A stretch of DNA of 63,560 nucleotides, the filler included, from Chiloscyllium plagiosum (Eukaryota), in the NCBI RefSeq assembly GCF_004010195.1. It is 4 parts of one record of this genome, joined end to end, with 100 filler letters (N's around TTAATTAATTAA, not from the genome) between each part and the next. Parts side by side here need not be neighbours in the genome. Positions count along the whole stretch, not along the records: positions 39,727 to 54,878 come from NC_057717.1; positions 54,979 to 63,560 come from NC_057717.1; 2 more parts are not named here. One strand, 5' to 3'. The translations under genes and the position numbers were made by a program. The notes under the pieces are model-generated. The model searched no databases and had not been told where the DNA came from. It was given only the letters and a program-made list of their open reading frames with translations. Below are positions 52,003 to 63,560 of this stretch, piece by piece (position 1 is the stretch's first letter; each line of letters opens with the position of its first letter).

Positions 52003-52323
52003 AAGATTAGATTATTTACAGTGTGGAAACAGGCCCTTCGGCCCAACAAGTTCACACCGACCCGCCGAAGCGTAACCCACCCAGACCCATTCCCCTACCT
52101 TTATCCCTTCACCTAACACTACGGGCAACTTAGCATGGCCAATTCGCCTAACCTGCACATTTCTTGGATTGTGGGAGGAAACCGGAGCACCCGGAGGAAA
52201 CCCACGCAGACACGGGGAGAATGTGCAAACTCCACACAGTCAGTCGCCTGAGGCGGGAATTGAACCCGGGTCTCTGGCGCTGTGAGGCAACAGTGCTAAC
52301 CACTGTGCCACCGTGCCGCCCAC
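52003..52323 (-). mobile_element. young full-length HE1-like V-SINE
   Basis: Consensus A/B boxes, V core, (taatc)n tail. Confidence 0.9.
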
Positions 52324-52539
52324 AAGCAAGAGATTAAATTATCAAGAGAGGGTAGAAAGTATGCAAATAGATTCAGAGTGGTAAAGGCAATAGATAATAG
52401 TTTGGCAGGTGGAATTTAACATGTTATAACCTGTCATTTCATTTACAGGAATAATGGAAAGCGATATCTTACTGAAATGGAGAGGGATTACAAGACGTAA
52501 TGATGCTGTGCACTTGGGGGGGGGGGGGGGGGTTCACTC

Positions 52540-53600
52540 AGATCAGTTCAGACATGGGAGATTTTGCCCCATCCCTGATCGTCTGCTCCCAGACACTCCA
52601 AGTGACCCCATTGCTCTCCGTACACATGGAATACTTTGATGTGGTTGATTGGTGGTGGGGATGGTGTTTTGAAACGTGCATCAAGGGGACGGCATTTATC
52701 CGAAATATATTCATTTCTTTCTACGTGGACACCCGATGACGATGGGAATGGCTGACTGCTTTTGAATGAAGCGGCCGTGACTGCTGCCAGGACAGGGGTA
52801 TTCACCAATACGAGGTACTGTGCATGGAGACACTGTAACATTAATAGAGAGAGAGAGCTCACCGTGCCGCCCACTGTGCCACCTCCGGGTGCTCCGGTTT
52901 CCTCCCACATTCCAAAGATGTGCAGGTCAGGTGAATTGGCCATTCTAAATTGCCCGTACTGTGAGGTAAGGGGTAAATGCAGGGGTATGGGTCTGGGTGG
53001 GTTGCGCTTCCGCGGATCGTTGTGGACTTGTTGGACTGTTTCCACGCTGCAATCTAATCTAATCTAATCTAAAAAAAAAAGCTCCTTCAGTTCCTGTACC
53101 TCTCCCCATTGACATGGGTACTCTGCAGATGCCATGTACACCATCAGGAATCCGGGTGTACTGGATACACCCGGAAGCTCCCTGCTGTGGGAGAAACAAT
53201 GTATTTACTTCATCCACCACATATATCCTCCATCACCGAATGGTGACATTGATGTTGAGATGCTGGAAAATGATAGGTATGTCACCTAGTCCTGCCTGGA
53301 AAGTTATGGATCATAGAAACTGAATGAAACTGTGACCCTAACAACCACTGGCAGCACCATACTCCCCCTGGTGTGAAGCTGCAGGTCGTGTTGAAGGAGG
53401 TGATACCATTCTACGATCAGCTCCTTGTTCAGTCAGGGCCCCTCCCACTCTGCTCCTGGGTCAAGTGGAGCTTGAGAAGCTGTGCCTGAAAACCCTGGCT
53501 GGATACATCAGATTCATTTCCCCACACATACTCACTCCGTGGTTTCAGAGCTTCCCCTCCCTGCGGCCTCTGCTCCATTTGTTGTTCATGTTGCAGGCTC
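52540..53600 (-). mobile_element. PIF/Harbinger (HARBI1-like) transposase remnant interrupted by a SINE
   Basis: Across frameshifts: RVFRHSF, LLQHDLQ, LPVVVRVTVSFSFY, FQAGLGDI, SINV, CPGSSHGRFIQKQSAIP, SDKCRPL..FKTP, in HARBI1-family motif order. Confidence 0.75.
52860..53080 (+). mobile_element. rearranged HE1-like SINE inside the Harbinger remnant
   Basis: SINE 3' half preceded by short inverted 5'-end pieces (caccgtgccgcccactgtgccac). Confidence 0.8.
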
Positions 53601-54878
53601 AGATGCTGTACCTACAGTCCCCAGGCTCCATACAGAGTTGGGTCACCAAATCCTCAGGTCTCCTTTAATGTCTGAGGCAACTTACAGCATAACCTCCAGC
53701 AAGACATCCCCTGCCCCTCCACTAAAGTTTCAATTACAGGAGTCAGTCAGAAACCCCTCGGTACAAGTGTTGTGGACCAGACAGATCCACGCAAAATATT
53801 TTAAGAAGGCCGTTTAGAACCAAACCTTTTCTTATTTTAAACATAGATGTGAAGTGTGCCTTACAGATATGTTGTGACTGGTCAAACCACTCGACATGAA
53901 GCAAAATATAATCTATTCAAATGCTTTAGTTAAAATACAATCAAAGAAAAGAACATTTTGGGATGGCTTATATGTTGGAACACTTACACAAACAATAGAT
54001 ACCGTACCTTCTTGGTTTACACCGCTTGGCACAAAGATATATTCAAATACAGATCCTTACAGCAGTTTTCCAATCCAGGAGGAAACAACATCAACAGAGA
54101 TCTCAGAGAGAAAAGCAGTTGTGGATCATGTATTGAAACTTCCGACCCTTTTGGGATCCCCAACAGCTTCTGAATGCTGCAGCTAAAAACAAAATGAGGT
54201 AATCTGGTCTGGGAGAGCTGGCCACTGCCCTTCCATCGTTACCACCGTTTTAATGAAACCTAAAATCTCAGTTATTTACTTAAACTGTTTTCAGACAGCA
54301 GTTCTTCACCTCTGCCATTAAATTCTCTCTTCAAAAAAAAAACCCAAGAGAAAATAATCTTTTTACAATGATAGTGTTCTCACAACTCCATCTTTAATAT
54401 AATAATCCATCAATATACAAAGGTGGATTCATTTTAGACCTCCTAATCTTCCTCTATTAGTAGACTGAAATGCATATACATTACATTGACCGTGAGCATA
54501 CAAATGTCCACAACTCGTTTCAATTTCAGGCATTTTACTCCTGCCACAGAATGCCTTTATCTTTCTTCATCCAAGTCTCCACAACGTGTCAAAACTTAGT
54601 TTTTCTCGCCCTGTCACCTGTATAATTTCAAACTGAATGGCAGCAATAATAAGATCAATCGAAACAGACTGGTATTTTTCTCCCTAAACTTCTCCAAAAA
54701 CCTTAAGTGGTCACGATCGATGATAAAGATTTGTCTCGTGTATGTTATTCGCAATTTAAATGCTGAAATGTTGTAACACCAACACAAAGCTCAAGGCCTC
54801 CTTCCCCATTGTGGAATAGATCTGTTGATGTTTCCACTGGACACTCCAAACACACGTTACATAACGGAGCACTCCTCA

Positions 54879-54978
54879 NNNNNNNNNNNNNNNNNNNNNN
54901 NNNNNNNNNNNNNNNNNNNNNNTTAATTAATTAANNNNNNNNNNNNNNNNNNNNNNNNNNNNNNNNNNNNNNNNNNNN
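54879..54978. other. artificial contig linker N44-TTAATTAATTAA-N44
   Basis: Same as 19206-19305. Confidence 0.9.
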
Positions 54979-55235
54979 AGTGTTACAAGGGGACATAAAT
55001 TTGAGGTGAAGGGTGGAAGGTATAGGGGAGATGTCAGGGGTGGGTTCTTTACCCAGAGAGTGGTGGGGGCATGGAATGCGCTGCCCGTGGGAGTGGTAGA
55101 GTCGGAATCATTGGCGACCTTTAAGCGGCATTTGGATAGGTACATGGATGGGTACTTAATCTAGGTTAGAAGTTCGGCACAACATCGTGGGCCGAAGGAC
55201 CTGTTCTGTGCTGTATTGTTCTATGTTCTATTTTC
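54979..55235 (+). mobile_element. young CR1 3' end
   Basis: About 3 differences in 245 nt from the reverse complement of 38003-38261. Confidence 0.9.
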
Positions 55236-58200
55236 TATCCCTGATTCATCTGTCTATGGAAAATCAGACAAAGCCATAAAAAGATCATATAATATTATAT
55301 AATATTAATATAAAGATTCAGCCATCCCAAACTTCTAGGAAAGAGAATTCCCACTTGAATGAAATCCCACTTTGTGAATTTTTACTCACTCCGGTTCTGA
55401 CTGAGGATGGAGGGTGTCACTGTTTCCTTTTCTAGTACCGCTCCTCCACTGCTCACAACAAATTTTAAATGTAACCAGGTTGGTGATATGACCGATGATA
55501 AAGGTCTCAGACTGGGTCAGGTTGAGTAACAGGAACAAGTCAGGCAGATTTCTTTCATCAGCCACAAGTAACTAATAGGCTAACGGAGCAGCATGTTAGA
55601 TTTGTGGTTAGTACTGCTGCCTCATATCAACAAGGAGCTGAGCTCAATTCCAACCTCGTCCGACAATCTATGTGGAGTTTGAACATTCTTTCCGTGTATG
55701 TGTGGGTTTCTTCCCAGTTCTCCAGTTTGATTGGCCATGCTAAATTACGCAGAATGACCATGGATGTGTAGGTTAAGTGGGTTATTAATGAAAATTGCAG
55801 GGTTAAATGGATAGGGTAGGGGGACAGGTCTGGATGGGATACTGTTCAGTGGGTTAGTGTAGACTCGATAGGTCGAATGTCTTGCTCCCACACTGTAGGG
55901 GTTCAATGACAACGGGATCAAGTTTGGGCTATTCAACTCCCAGTCGGTATATACCTGATCCACTCGCCTCAAGGCTTTGTATATTTCAATAAGATCAGCT
56001 CTCATTCTAAGGATAACCTGTTAAAGTCTCCATAATTTCAGCTTCCATGCATGGAATAAATGAAGTGAAACACCTCAGAACTGCTTCCAGTGTTACTATA
56101 TCCTTTCTCAGATAAGAATGCAAAACTAAAACAAATCTCACACTCCGATGAGTTGGTTTATCTTTGTTTTCTCTTCCCAGCAGAATATAGGAGGCAGAGA
56201 TATTGAATATTTTTGAGGCAAAGTTCACAAATCACAAAGGAGTCAAGGATTATCAAGGAGTGGGCAGCAATGTGCCTTGTGGGGAAAATGTAGACAGTGG
56301 TACTAAATTACACGGCTCCAGAATATCCAGGAATTAAACGAAATGGATAACATCGATAAAGTTTTAAAGGGGAAACAAGATGGCAGAGATCTGAAAGGTC
56401 AGCTTTGCTGAGCTCTGCATCACAATGATGCTCAACCCCACCCCACCATAGTCATTTACTTAAAAGTTAACACTAAAAGAGCTATAGAATCCTTATTAAT
56501 GCCATTTTGTCAAGTGGAAATGACAACATGGGAAAGGATCAAGTAAGTCCCAACAAGCGGTGCACCCATCAGAAGCTGTCAGCATGCCTGTGGCTGCATC
56601 TGCAACCCCCTCTGCTCGTTCGATGGCCCAGTTACTCACCAGGTCTTGGTCACCGAGTTCACCAAGTTATGTGAAATGATTGAAGGCATGACTGAAGAAA
56701 TGTTCAGCAGGAGGCTAGAACCACTCTCAGCCGTGTTCCAAAAACATGAGCAGCAAATTGAGAGCCTTGGAAACAGAACGGATGAGGTCGAGCGCCAAAC
56801 TACAGGGGCAGAGTCTGTGATCGATTCCTCTAAGGAGTGGATCCTCGCCCTTGGCAAACAGGTCCGTATCTTAACCGAACAAGGTGACGACCTCGAAACA
56901 GAGGCAGAATGAAAAATGTTCATATCATTCGTCTGCTGGAGACATAAGGTGTTCAGCCAGTGAGATTTTTTTCGAGAACTGGCTGCCATGATTCCTTCAC
57001 TTCGAAGCTGAAGAGGGATGGGTGAAGAGTGAGGCAGTTCATCGGGTTACGGAACGCAGGTCAAACTCAGACTAATGCCCTCAGCCTGTCCTTGTGCGAT
57101 TACGTTGTTGCAGAGACAATCGAAGACTTATGGAAGCTTCCAGAACACAGGGAAAAGATCCGACGAGGGCTCCAGGATTATGTTCTTCCAGATCTTTTCA
57201 GCGGCAGTGATTCAGGAAAGAAAATCTTTTCATGATATCAAGAGAAGACTAAGGGAACTTGAGATTCAGTATTCCTTCATGAATGCAGCGGTTCTCCGTA
57301 TGCTTTCAATAGTGCTACGCACTGGTGGATCTTTCAATAGATTCATTGACGCTCCAGAGGACGCGAAAATTTTGTGGACACTATAAAGCAGGCTGGATGC
57401 TTTAATGGATATCGATAATTATGTTTCTCTCATTTTAAAGAAAGTTTGTTGAATCTTTCTTGGATTAAGTAGTGTTAAATTATAGTTGGGGATGGGTAGA
57501 CTACACATTTTCAACTTCATTAATATTACTACTCGTTTTTCTCTTGCTTAGTTAGTGTGTTGGGTTCGGCTCATGGTGGAGGGAGTTATGAAGGTGATCA
57601 TGATGACTGAATGTCTACCAAAGGGCAGTTCAATCCTTGGATGCAGTATTGATAATTGGGCAGAAGACAAAGATTTGTGACGTTCAAATGCCCCCAGTGG
57701 GAGAGGGCAAATGCCCCTCCTGAGTGCCATTGGCACGTTGCATCCTTTTTTTTTGTATGTATTTAGTTATGGAACGTTTGGAGAGCTTGTTAGTTGCAGT
57801 CGCTTTAGTTGGTATGTTTCTTTTAGGGTCTATGCGTCGTTTTTCATTGACGCTCAGCGATTTGTAATTCGACTTCTTCTTCTCAGGAGTCCAAATGGTG
57901 TTCCAGTGTGTTATGGCTAATGCCATGCGTAAATGGTGCATTTGTAGCATTAAGGGGAGGCAGTTAAGAGGAAAAAGGTACTTTCTAGCCTTAAAAAGGA
58001 GAGGGTGGATATTGTCCTCTTGCAGGAGATGCACCTTGATGACAAGGAACATTTGACATTACAGCAGGGTGCTTTGGTCGGGTTTATTTCTCGTCTTTTA
58101 ATACTAGGAATAGAGGAGAAGCCATACTGGATAGGAAGAATCTTCCACTTACACCACGGAGGATCATAATCCTCAAACATATATGGGGAAGAAACGGTAT

Positions 58201-60804
58201 TTTGAATGTTATTGACACCTGGCGCACAGCCTTAAATTCCTGAGAGATGCATTGTCCAAATTAAGTAATCTTTCTTCGCAGCTCATTATTGTAGGAGGAG
58301 ACTTCAATTGTCATTTGCACCCACGGTGGACAGAATGCCCAAAAGCCCCCGGTGCCATCTTTACAATCTAAGCAATTAGTGGATGTTTGCGTGGAACTGG
58401 GGCTGGTTGATGTCTGGAGGCAGATCCACCTCACGTATACGGATTTTCCTTTTTCTTTTAACCCGCAGAAATGCCACACTCGGTTGATCTCTTCCACACC
58501 TTGCAGCAATCTTCGATTCAGTGGTGTTCTATACAATTGGGAATATTACCATTTCTGACCATGCAGCAGTATACTTATTGGTTAAGATTAAGGACAATAT
58601 AGCAGGTTCGAGACACTGGCGAATGGATTCCTTTATTCTTAAGGATAGTAAGTTCATTGAGTATTTCTGTAATAAATTCAGATATTTCTTAGCCATTAAT
58701 TCAGATCCAACCAGTAACCCATCCATTCTATGGAAAATTGCTAAGGCTGATGCCAAAGGAATTATTATTCCTTAGGATGCGGCAGATGCTGGAGCAGGAA
58801 CGCTTGCTCCAGGCACGGCTGAAGGCAGCCGAGAGGGCATACTGTGATAGACCCTCGCTTCGGTGTACAATGAATTCTATTCTCACACAGACAACCAAGA
58901 ATGAACTTACTTTTGCAAAACAAAGGCTGTTTGAACATGGTGATAAGCCGGGCAAGTATTTAGCCTATCTTGCGAGGAAAAGAGAGCCCCAAAGCCATTG
59001 CCTCAGGGAAGGTACTGGAACCCTTACCTGCAATCCCATAAAGGTTAAAGCACCATTTTGGAGATTTTACTCCGAATTATATCAAACTGAACATAATGAG
59101 GTTAGATGGATTAAGATGGAGTCTTTCTTCAAGAACTTGAATATTCCAGGGATAACCCACAAGTAAGTGTCTTCCTTTAATGCACCATTGTCAGTGCTGG
59201 AAGGTGTAAAGCAGCTTCAGGGCGGAAAGGCGCCCGATCCTGATGGATTTCCAAGTGAATTTTATGTGGAATTTATAAACCTATTGTCAGGGCCGATGCT
59301 TACCATGTTAGTCACTCACACAGTCACGACTGACTTCTACCATCCTTAAGAGAGGTTCATGTCTCTCTTATTCTTAACGAAGACACCGGAAGATTGCGCT
59401 TCTTCTAGGCCCTTCTCACTTTTAAATGTTGATTTCTAAATCCTGTCTGAGACCCTTACATTACGGCTGGAAAATATGTATCCTTCCATTGTCAAACTGG
59501 ACCACACCAGCTTATAAAGGGCTGCAAATACTCCCAACAATATTAAGAGATTACTCAATATTGTCCAAGCGTGTCCAGAACAAATTATACAGGTATAAGT
59601 GATCCCTTTTGACGCAGAGAAGGCATTTGATTTGGTTGAGTGGTTGATCTCTTATATACGTTGGAATGGTTTGGTCGAGGCAAACTTTTAATCAAGTGGG
59701 TGATGGTCCTTGAAAGTGATCCTCTGGCCACGTTTCTCACCAATGTTGTGCGATCCTATAACATTAATATTCCTAGAGGCAGTCCAAAGTAGACCCCTTT
59801 TGCCAGTGTTGTTTACGTTGGTGATTGAGCCACTGGTGAAGGCCATCTGCAGGGACCCCAACATATCTGCCCAGAAGTGAGAGAGAAGTCACATAAGATT
59901 ACATTGTCTGCAGATGATGGTCTAATATCTTTGTTAAATCCCACAGTTTTGGTACCTCAACTCATGCAATGCATCAGTTCGAATGGTGCATTTTTCGGCT
60001 ATACCATTGATTTTATAAAGTCGGAGGCCATGGCTATGGGCAATATTGGGGAAATACCTGAGGTCGATGGAGAAACCTGGTTTCTTTTTCCATGGTCCGG
60101 GGTTTATGGGGATATTCCCTATTTAGGTGTATTCATTAATCCTATCTTTGAACTTATATTTAATGTGGAATTTGTCCATTTGCTTGATAAAATTAAACAA
60201 GACCTTAGAAGATGGGAGGCACTTCCAATATTCTGGCTCGATCAGATAGCTCTTATTAAATTGAATTCCCTCCCTTGTTTGGTATTCCCCATGTGAATGC
60301 TTTATTTGATGTTTCCCAGATAGACATTTAGGAGACTTAATGGATGAGTTAGCTCTTTGACTTGTCACCATAAGCGACCCCTTATCAAGTTAACCAAATT
60401 ACAACGACCCCACAGTTTGTGGGGAGTAGTTCGCCCTGATATTAAAATCTATCAATTAAGCTCTTTGTTACCCGGTGTTAGTGAGGCCTCGGCGTCCATA
60501 TGGTAAGATATTGAAGCTTCTCAGGCAAAGTGCTCCCTTATTAGTCTGCTATTCATAGACAAAATGAGGACAGAGTTACGGAGTATTGCCATTTCCCAAT
60601 GAGTATCAATAATTTAAAAGTAGGGAGGGCAATGTGTCCGATCCAGGGAAATATAGCCAAACCTCATTTCTTACCCCAAAACTTGGTGCACAGTGTTTCC
60701 GACAGGGGGAATACTGGATTCCATGTTTAAATTATGGGCAACTCGTGGGTGTATCTTGCTTTGATGATTTATCTGAGGGAGAAACAAGGATATCCTTTAA
60801 TCAA

Positions 60805-60969
60805 GGAGAAAGTGAGGTCTGCAGATGCAGGAGATCAGAGCTGAAAATGTGTTGCTGGAACAGCGCAGCAGGTCAGGCAGCATCCAGGGAATAGGAGAAT
60901 CGACGTTTCGGGCATAAGCCTGAAGAAGGGCTTATGCCCGAAACGTCGATTCTCCTGTTCCCTAGATGC
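60805..60969. mobile_element. fold-back Penelope pLTR mini-element with intact hammerhead core (60920-60947, plus), inserted in L1
   Basis: Inverted arms; 14-bp TSD tatccttt(a/g)atcaa at 60791-60804 and 60970-60983; absent from L1 copies 1 and 2. Confidence 0.9.
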
Positions 60970-61032
60970 TATCCTTTGATCAAAGAAGTCGTAACTCTGG
61001 ACTATCGAGTTGAGATCTCTTCTGTTTTCTTT

Positions 61033-61295
61033 TTATCAGATCAGAGATGTTATTAAAAAAAACCCACGCTTTTAACAGACCCGTACAGATCCGATACAGA
61101 AAAGAGGGTGCTTAGTGCTAAGAACGCACCTTCTGTCAGTACCCTTTATCATTTGTTGGAGAGTTATCAGATCAGAGATGTTATTAAAAAAAAAACCACG
61201 CTTTTAACAGACCCGTACAGATCCGATACAGAAAAGAGGGTGCTTAGTGCTAAGAACGCACCTTCTGTCAGTACCCTTTATCATTTGTTGGAGAG
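61033..61295. repeat. 131-bp near-perfect tandem duplication within L1 ORF2
   Basis: 61033-61163 vs 61164-61295 differ only at an A/C run. Confidence 0.9.
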
Positions 61296-63259
61296 TGGCC
61301 CTCGGACGAGACTTTGTGCCTTTCTGAGGTCTGTAAAGAGAGTTGGGTGTTCAGATCTCTTCAGACACAGGGGAGGATATTTGTGAAAATGCAAGAAGTA
61401 TTTCGATCTGTAAGAAGACTCTTGCCATACAGTTGAAGATTCTTCACAGTCTATCTGGCCCCAGATCCTCTCTCAAAATTCAAGATGGGAATATGTCTTA
61501 AATACAGAATGACTATGGGCACTCTTGCTCATTGCTTGTTGACCTTCCACCTGCGCTATAGCAGCAGTGTGTTTGGTAGGATGGAGAGGATCTTGGGGAC
61601 CGAATTGGAGATGGATCAGTTTTCCCTTTTCCTGGGCCAGCATAGTCTACCTTACTCAGATGTGCATAGGAAAATTTACTTCAATACCCTCACACTCTGT
61701 GTTCAGAAAAAATGTTCTGTTGTGTTGGGTGTCTGAAAACCCCCTGGGTCTGTTGGGTTGTCGTAACCTCGTCATGGAGCATAGCCCTTTGGACTTTTGT
61801 AAAGGTATGTTGCACTATAAAATAAAGGATTTTTTTATAAGACATGGCAGCCCTTTTTGAATTTCCAAGATACAGGCTGATCTGCCACTCTAATAAGGAC
61901 TTCTATATAGCTATGACGAACTTGACTAATGAATCTAATGTCCAGAGAGGAAGAATTACGAACAAATGAACGTGTATTAGTTAATGCTCTTGAAGGTTGA
62001 GAGCTATAGTTTTGTTACACTGAGCTCGACTATTCATTTTTAATTTTTTTTTATTTTTCTTCAGTCCGTTGATTTACCTTTCTTTTCTTATGTACATGCA
62101 CATGGGTGTAATTGTGTTCAATTTGCATTGTTTTTTTGAGTTGTGTACTTATTGGTTCATTGAAGCATTAAAAAGATTTTCTCTGAATAAAAATATTTTT
62201 GAAAAAATTAAAATGTTAACATGGATGGAATAGAGTCCCAAAGGACCACTTGCTCATTAGTGAGACCACAAATTATGGTTTATCTTAAGGGTCATCACAC
62301 CTTGGGTGACAGGATGACGTTGAGAGGGCGTCCGCTTCGTGGCAACCTCTGTCTGTGTGGGGACTTGAACATGCGCTGTTAGCCCTCCTATGCATCACAA
62401 ACCAGCCAACAGATTGTGAGACTGTGTAACTGCTCTAGATAGAAGTAGCCAAAGTCAAAGTAAAATATAAAGAAGGGAAGGGATAAGAAAGGAAAAAAGG
62501 CACAATTCAGACAATGGTCAAGATAATGGCTGAGGAAAAAAAAGTCTCCGCTGGAAATTGTATTTTATAACGAGACAGTTGATTGGATGCTCACTTTGGT
62601 TGAAAATAATAAGGTGACCCAAGCGAAATAACCAGAATTACTAATTGTGATTAGATATCGATAACTATAAAATATGAGTACATTTTTGATTGGTCTGTGT
62701 GAAGCATGCTAACCATTGTATGAAAGTTAAAAGCTTATGGAACATATTTTTGGAGGGTTGATCCCCGTGGGAAATGCCTCCCGAACACATGCTTGAAGAA
62801 ACCCAGGGTAGAAAGTGCGTGAGTGTCGTCTGGTCAGTGACAGGAAACCAGGGGGGTGAATGATTGAAAGTTCCTGCAACGTGAAGCCCAGTAGACAGTC
62901 AGATCACCCCGATCTTATTAAATGGTACAGCACATTTGAAGGGCTGAATGGACTCATTATGGATTTTAATTGCATGTGATTTAAAAAAAAACACTGTTCC
63001 TTCACCTAATGTTTTACACACTGGGGCACTGCCATTTTCCTGAAACTGGGAATTATTTGGAATATTATCTGGAACATTCCATAATCAGCATTCTCCGGAG
63101 CATTCTGCAATGTGGGGGGATATTACAAAGGCAAGAGATACAGGGGTGGGGGGGTGTGCTTCATGCAGGAGTGAGAGTGGTGGAGCATAAACCTTGTTCG
63201 GGTGTCAGTGCTGGAACAGACATACATTGAGTGTGAGGGACCAGAAAGCATACGATGAC

Positions 63260-63480
63260 CCTTATCCTCGCAGAGTGGGAAATGTTATCAATGCTTGTTC
63301 TGTATTGCTAGACATTACTACAGATCGCAGATACTGCACTGAGCTGGGTGGTGAGCTCAGACCTTGCTCGGTGGATCTGGTGGTGTGGCCCCCTTGGGAA
63401 GAGATGTACTAATCCATCCACCAGGCCATCTGTGACCCTGCTGACAAACCGTAGCGTGATTGAACCTTATCTGCTATGCT
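63260..63480 (-). mobile_element. Harbinger Myb/SANT ORF remnant (paralogue of 2476-2703)
   Basis: Reverse-complement similarity, e.g. cagctcagtgcagtatctg. Confidence 0.5.
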
Positions 63481-63560
63481 CTGGGTAAACTGTACATGGC
63501 AGCTCCAAACTGCCATTGTCCTTTTAAAGATGCCACCAGTGCCAGGGATAATGGAATATC

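Larger units (their letters stand above)
56369..62208 (+). mobile_element. full-length decayed L1-clade LINE (5' UTR, ORF1 about 56520-57386, ORF2 from 57913)
   Basis: ORF1 coiled coil and IMFFQIFSAAVIQERKSF; EN VDIVLLQEMHL, GGDFNC, ISDHAAV; RT GKAPDPDGFPSEFY, LSADD; AATAAA at 62186; 3' TSD taaaatgttaa at 62209-62219. Confidence 0.9.
55235..63560. repeat. segmental duplication copy 3 (older)
   Basis: 55235-62815 parallels 29135-38002; 62945-63560 is the reverse complement of about 2380-3030; about 80-85% identity by spot-check. Confidence 0.9.

Noticed and set aside
38003..55235. Inversion mediated by two near-identical inverted CR1 ends at duplication borders
   Set aside because: The inner flanks do not swap as predicted, and the second CR1 ends at an artificial linker

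Overview
Vertebrate genomic DNA, very probably from a shark (inferred from HE1-type V-SINEs, HER1/CR1 LINEs and a GPR139/142-like GPCR). It is repeat-dense and I find no intact protein-coding gene. The only host-gene sequence is exon 2 of a class A GPCR (41155-42014, minus) with one in-frame TGA. A segmental duplication occurs three times: inverted arms at about 3045-17896 and 22960-36850 (about 90% identical by spot-check), plus an older copy at about 55235-63560. Each copy carries the same decayed L1-clade LINE insertion. Also present: CR1 fragments, SINEs, a Penelope GIY-YIG ORF remnant, several short fold-back Penelope pLTR inserts with minimal hammerhead ribozyme cores and 11-14 bp TSDs, Harbinger transposase and Myb remnants, a Tigger-like MITE and a tRNA-Gly pseudogene. 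Three 100-bp N44-TTAATTAATTAA-N44 spacers look like artificial contig linkers, so order and orientation across them are unverified. Repeat boundaries are approximate and identities are hand estimates.
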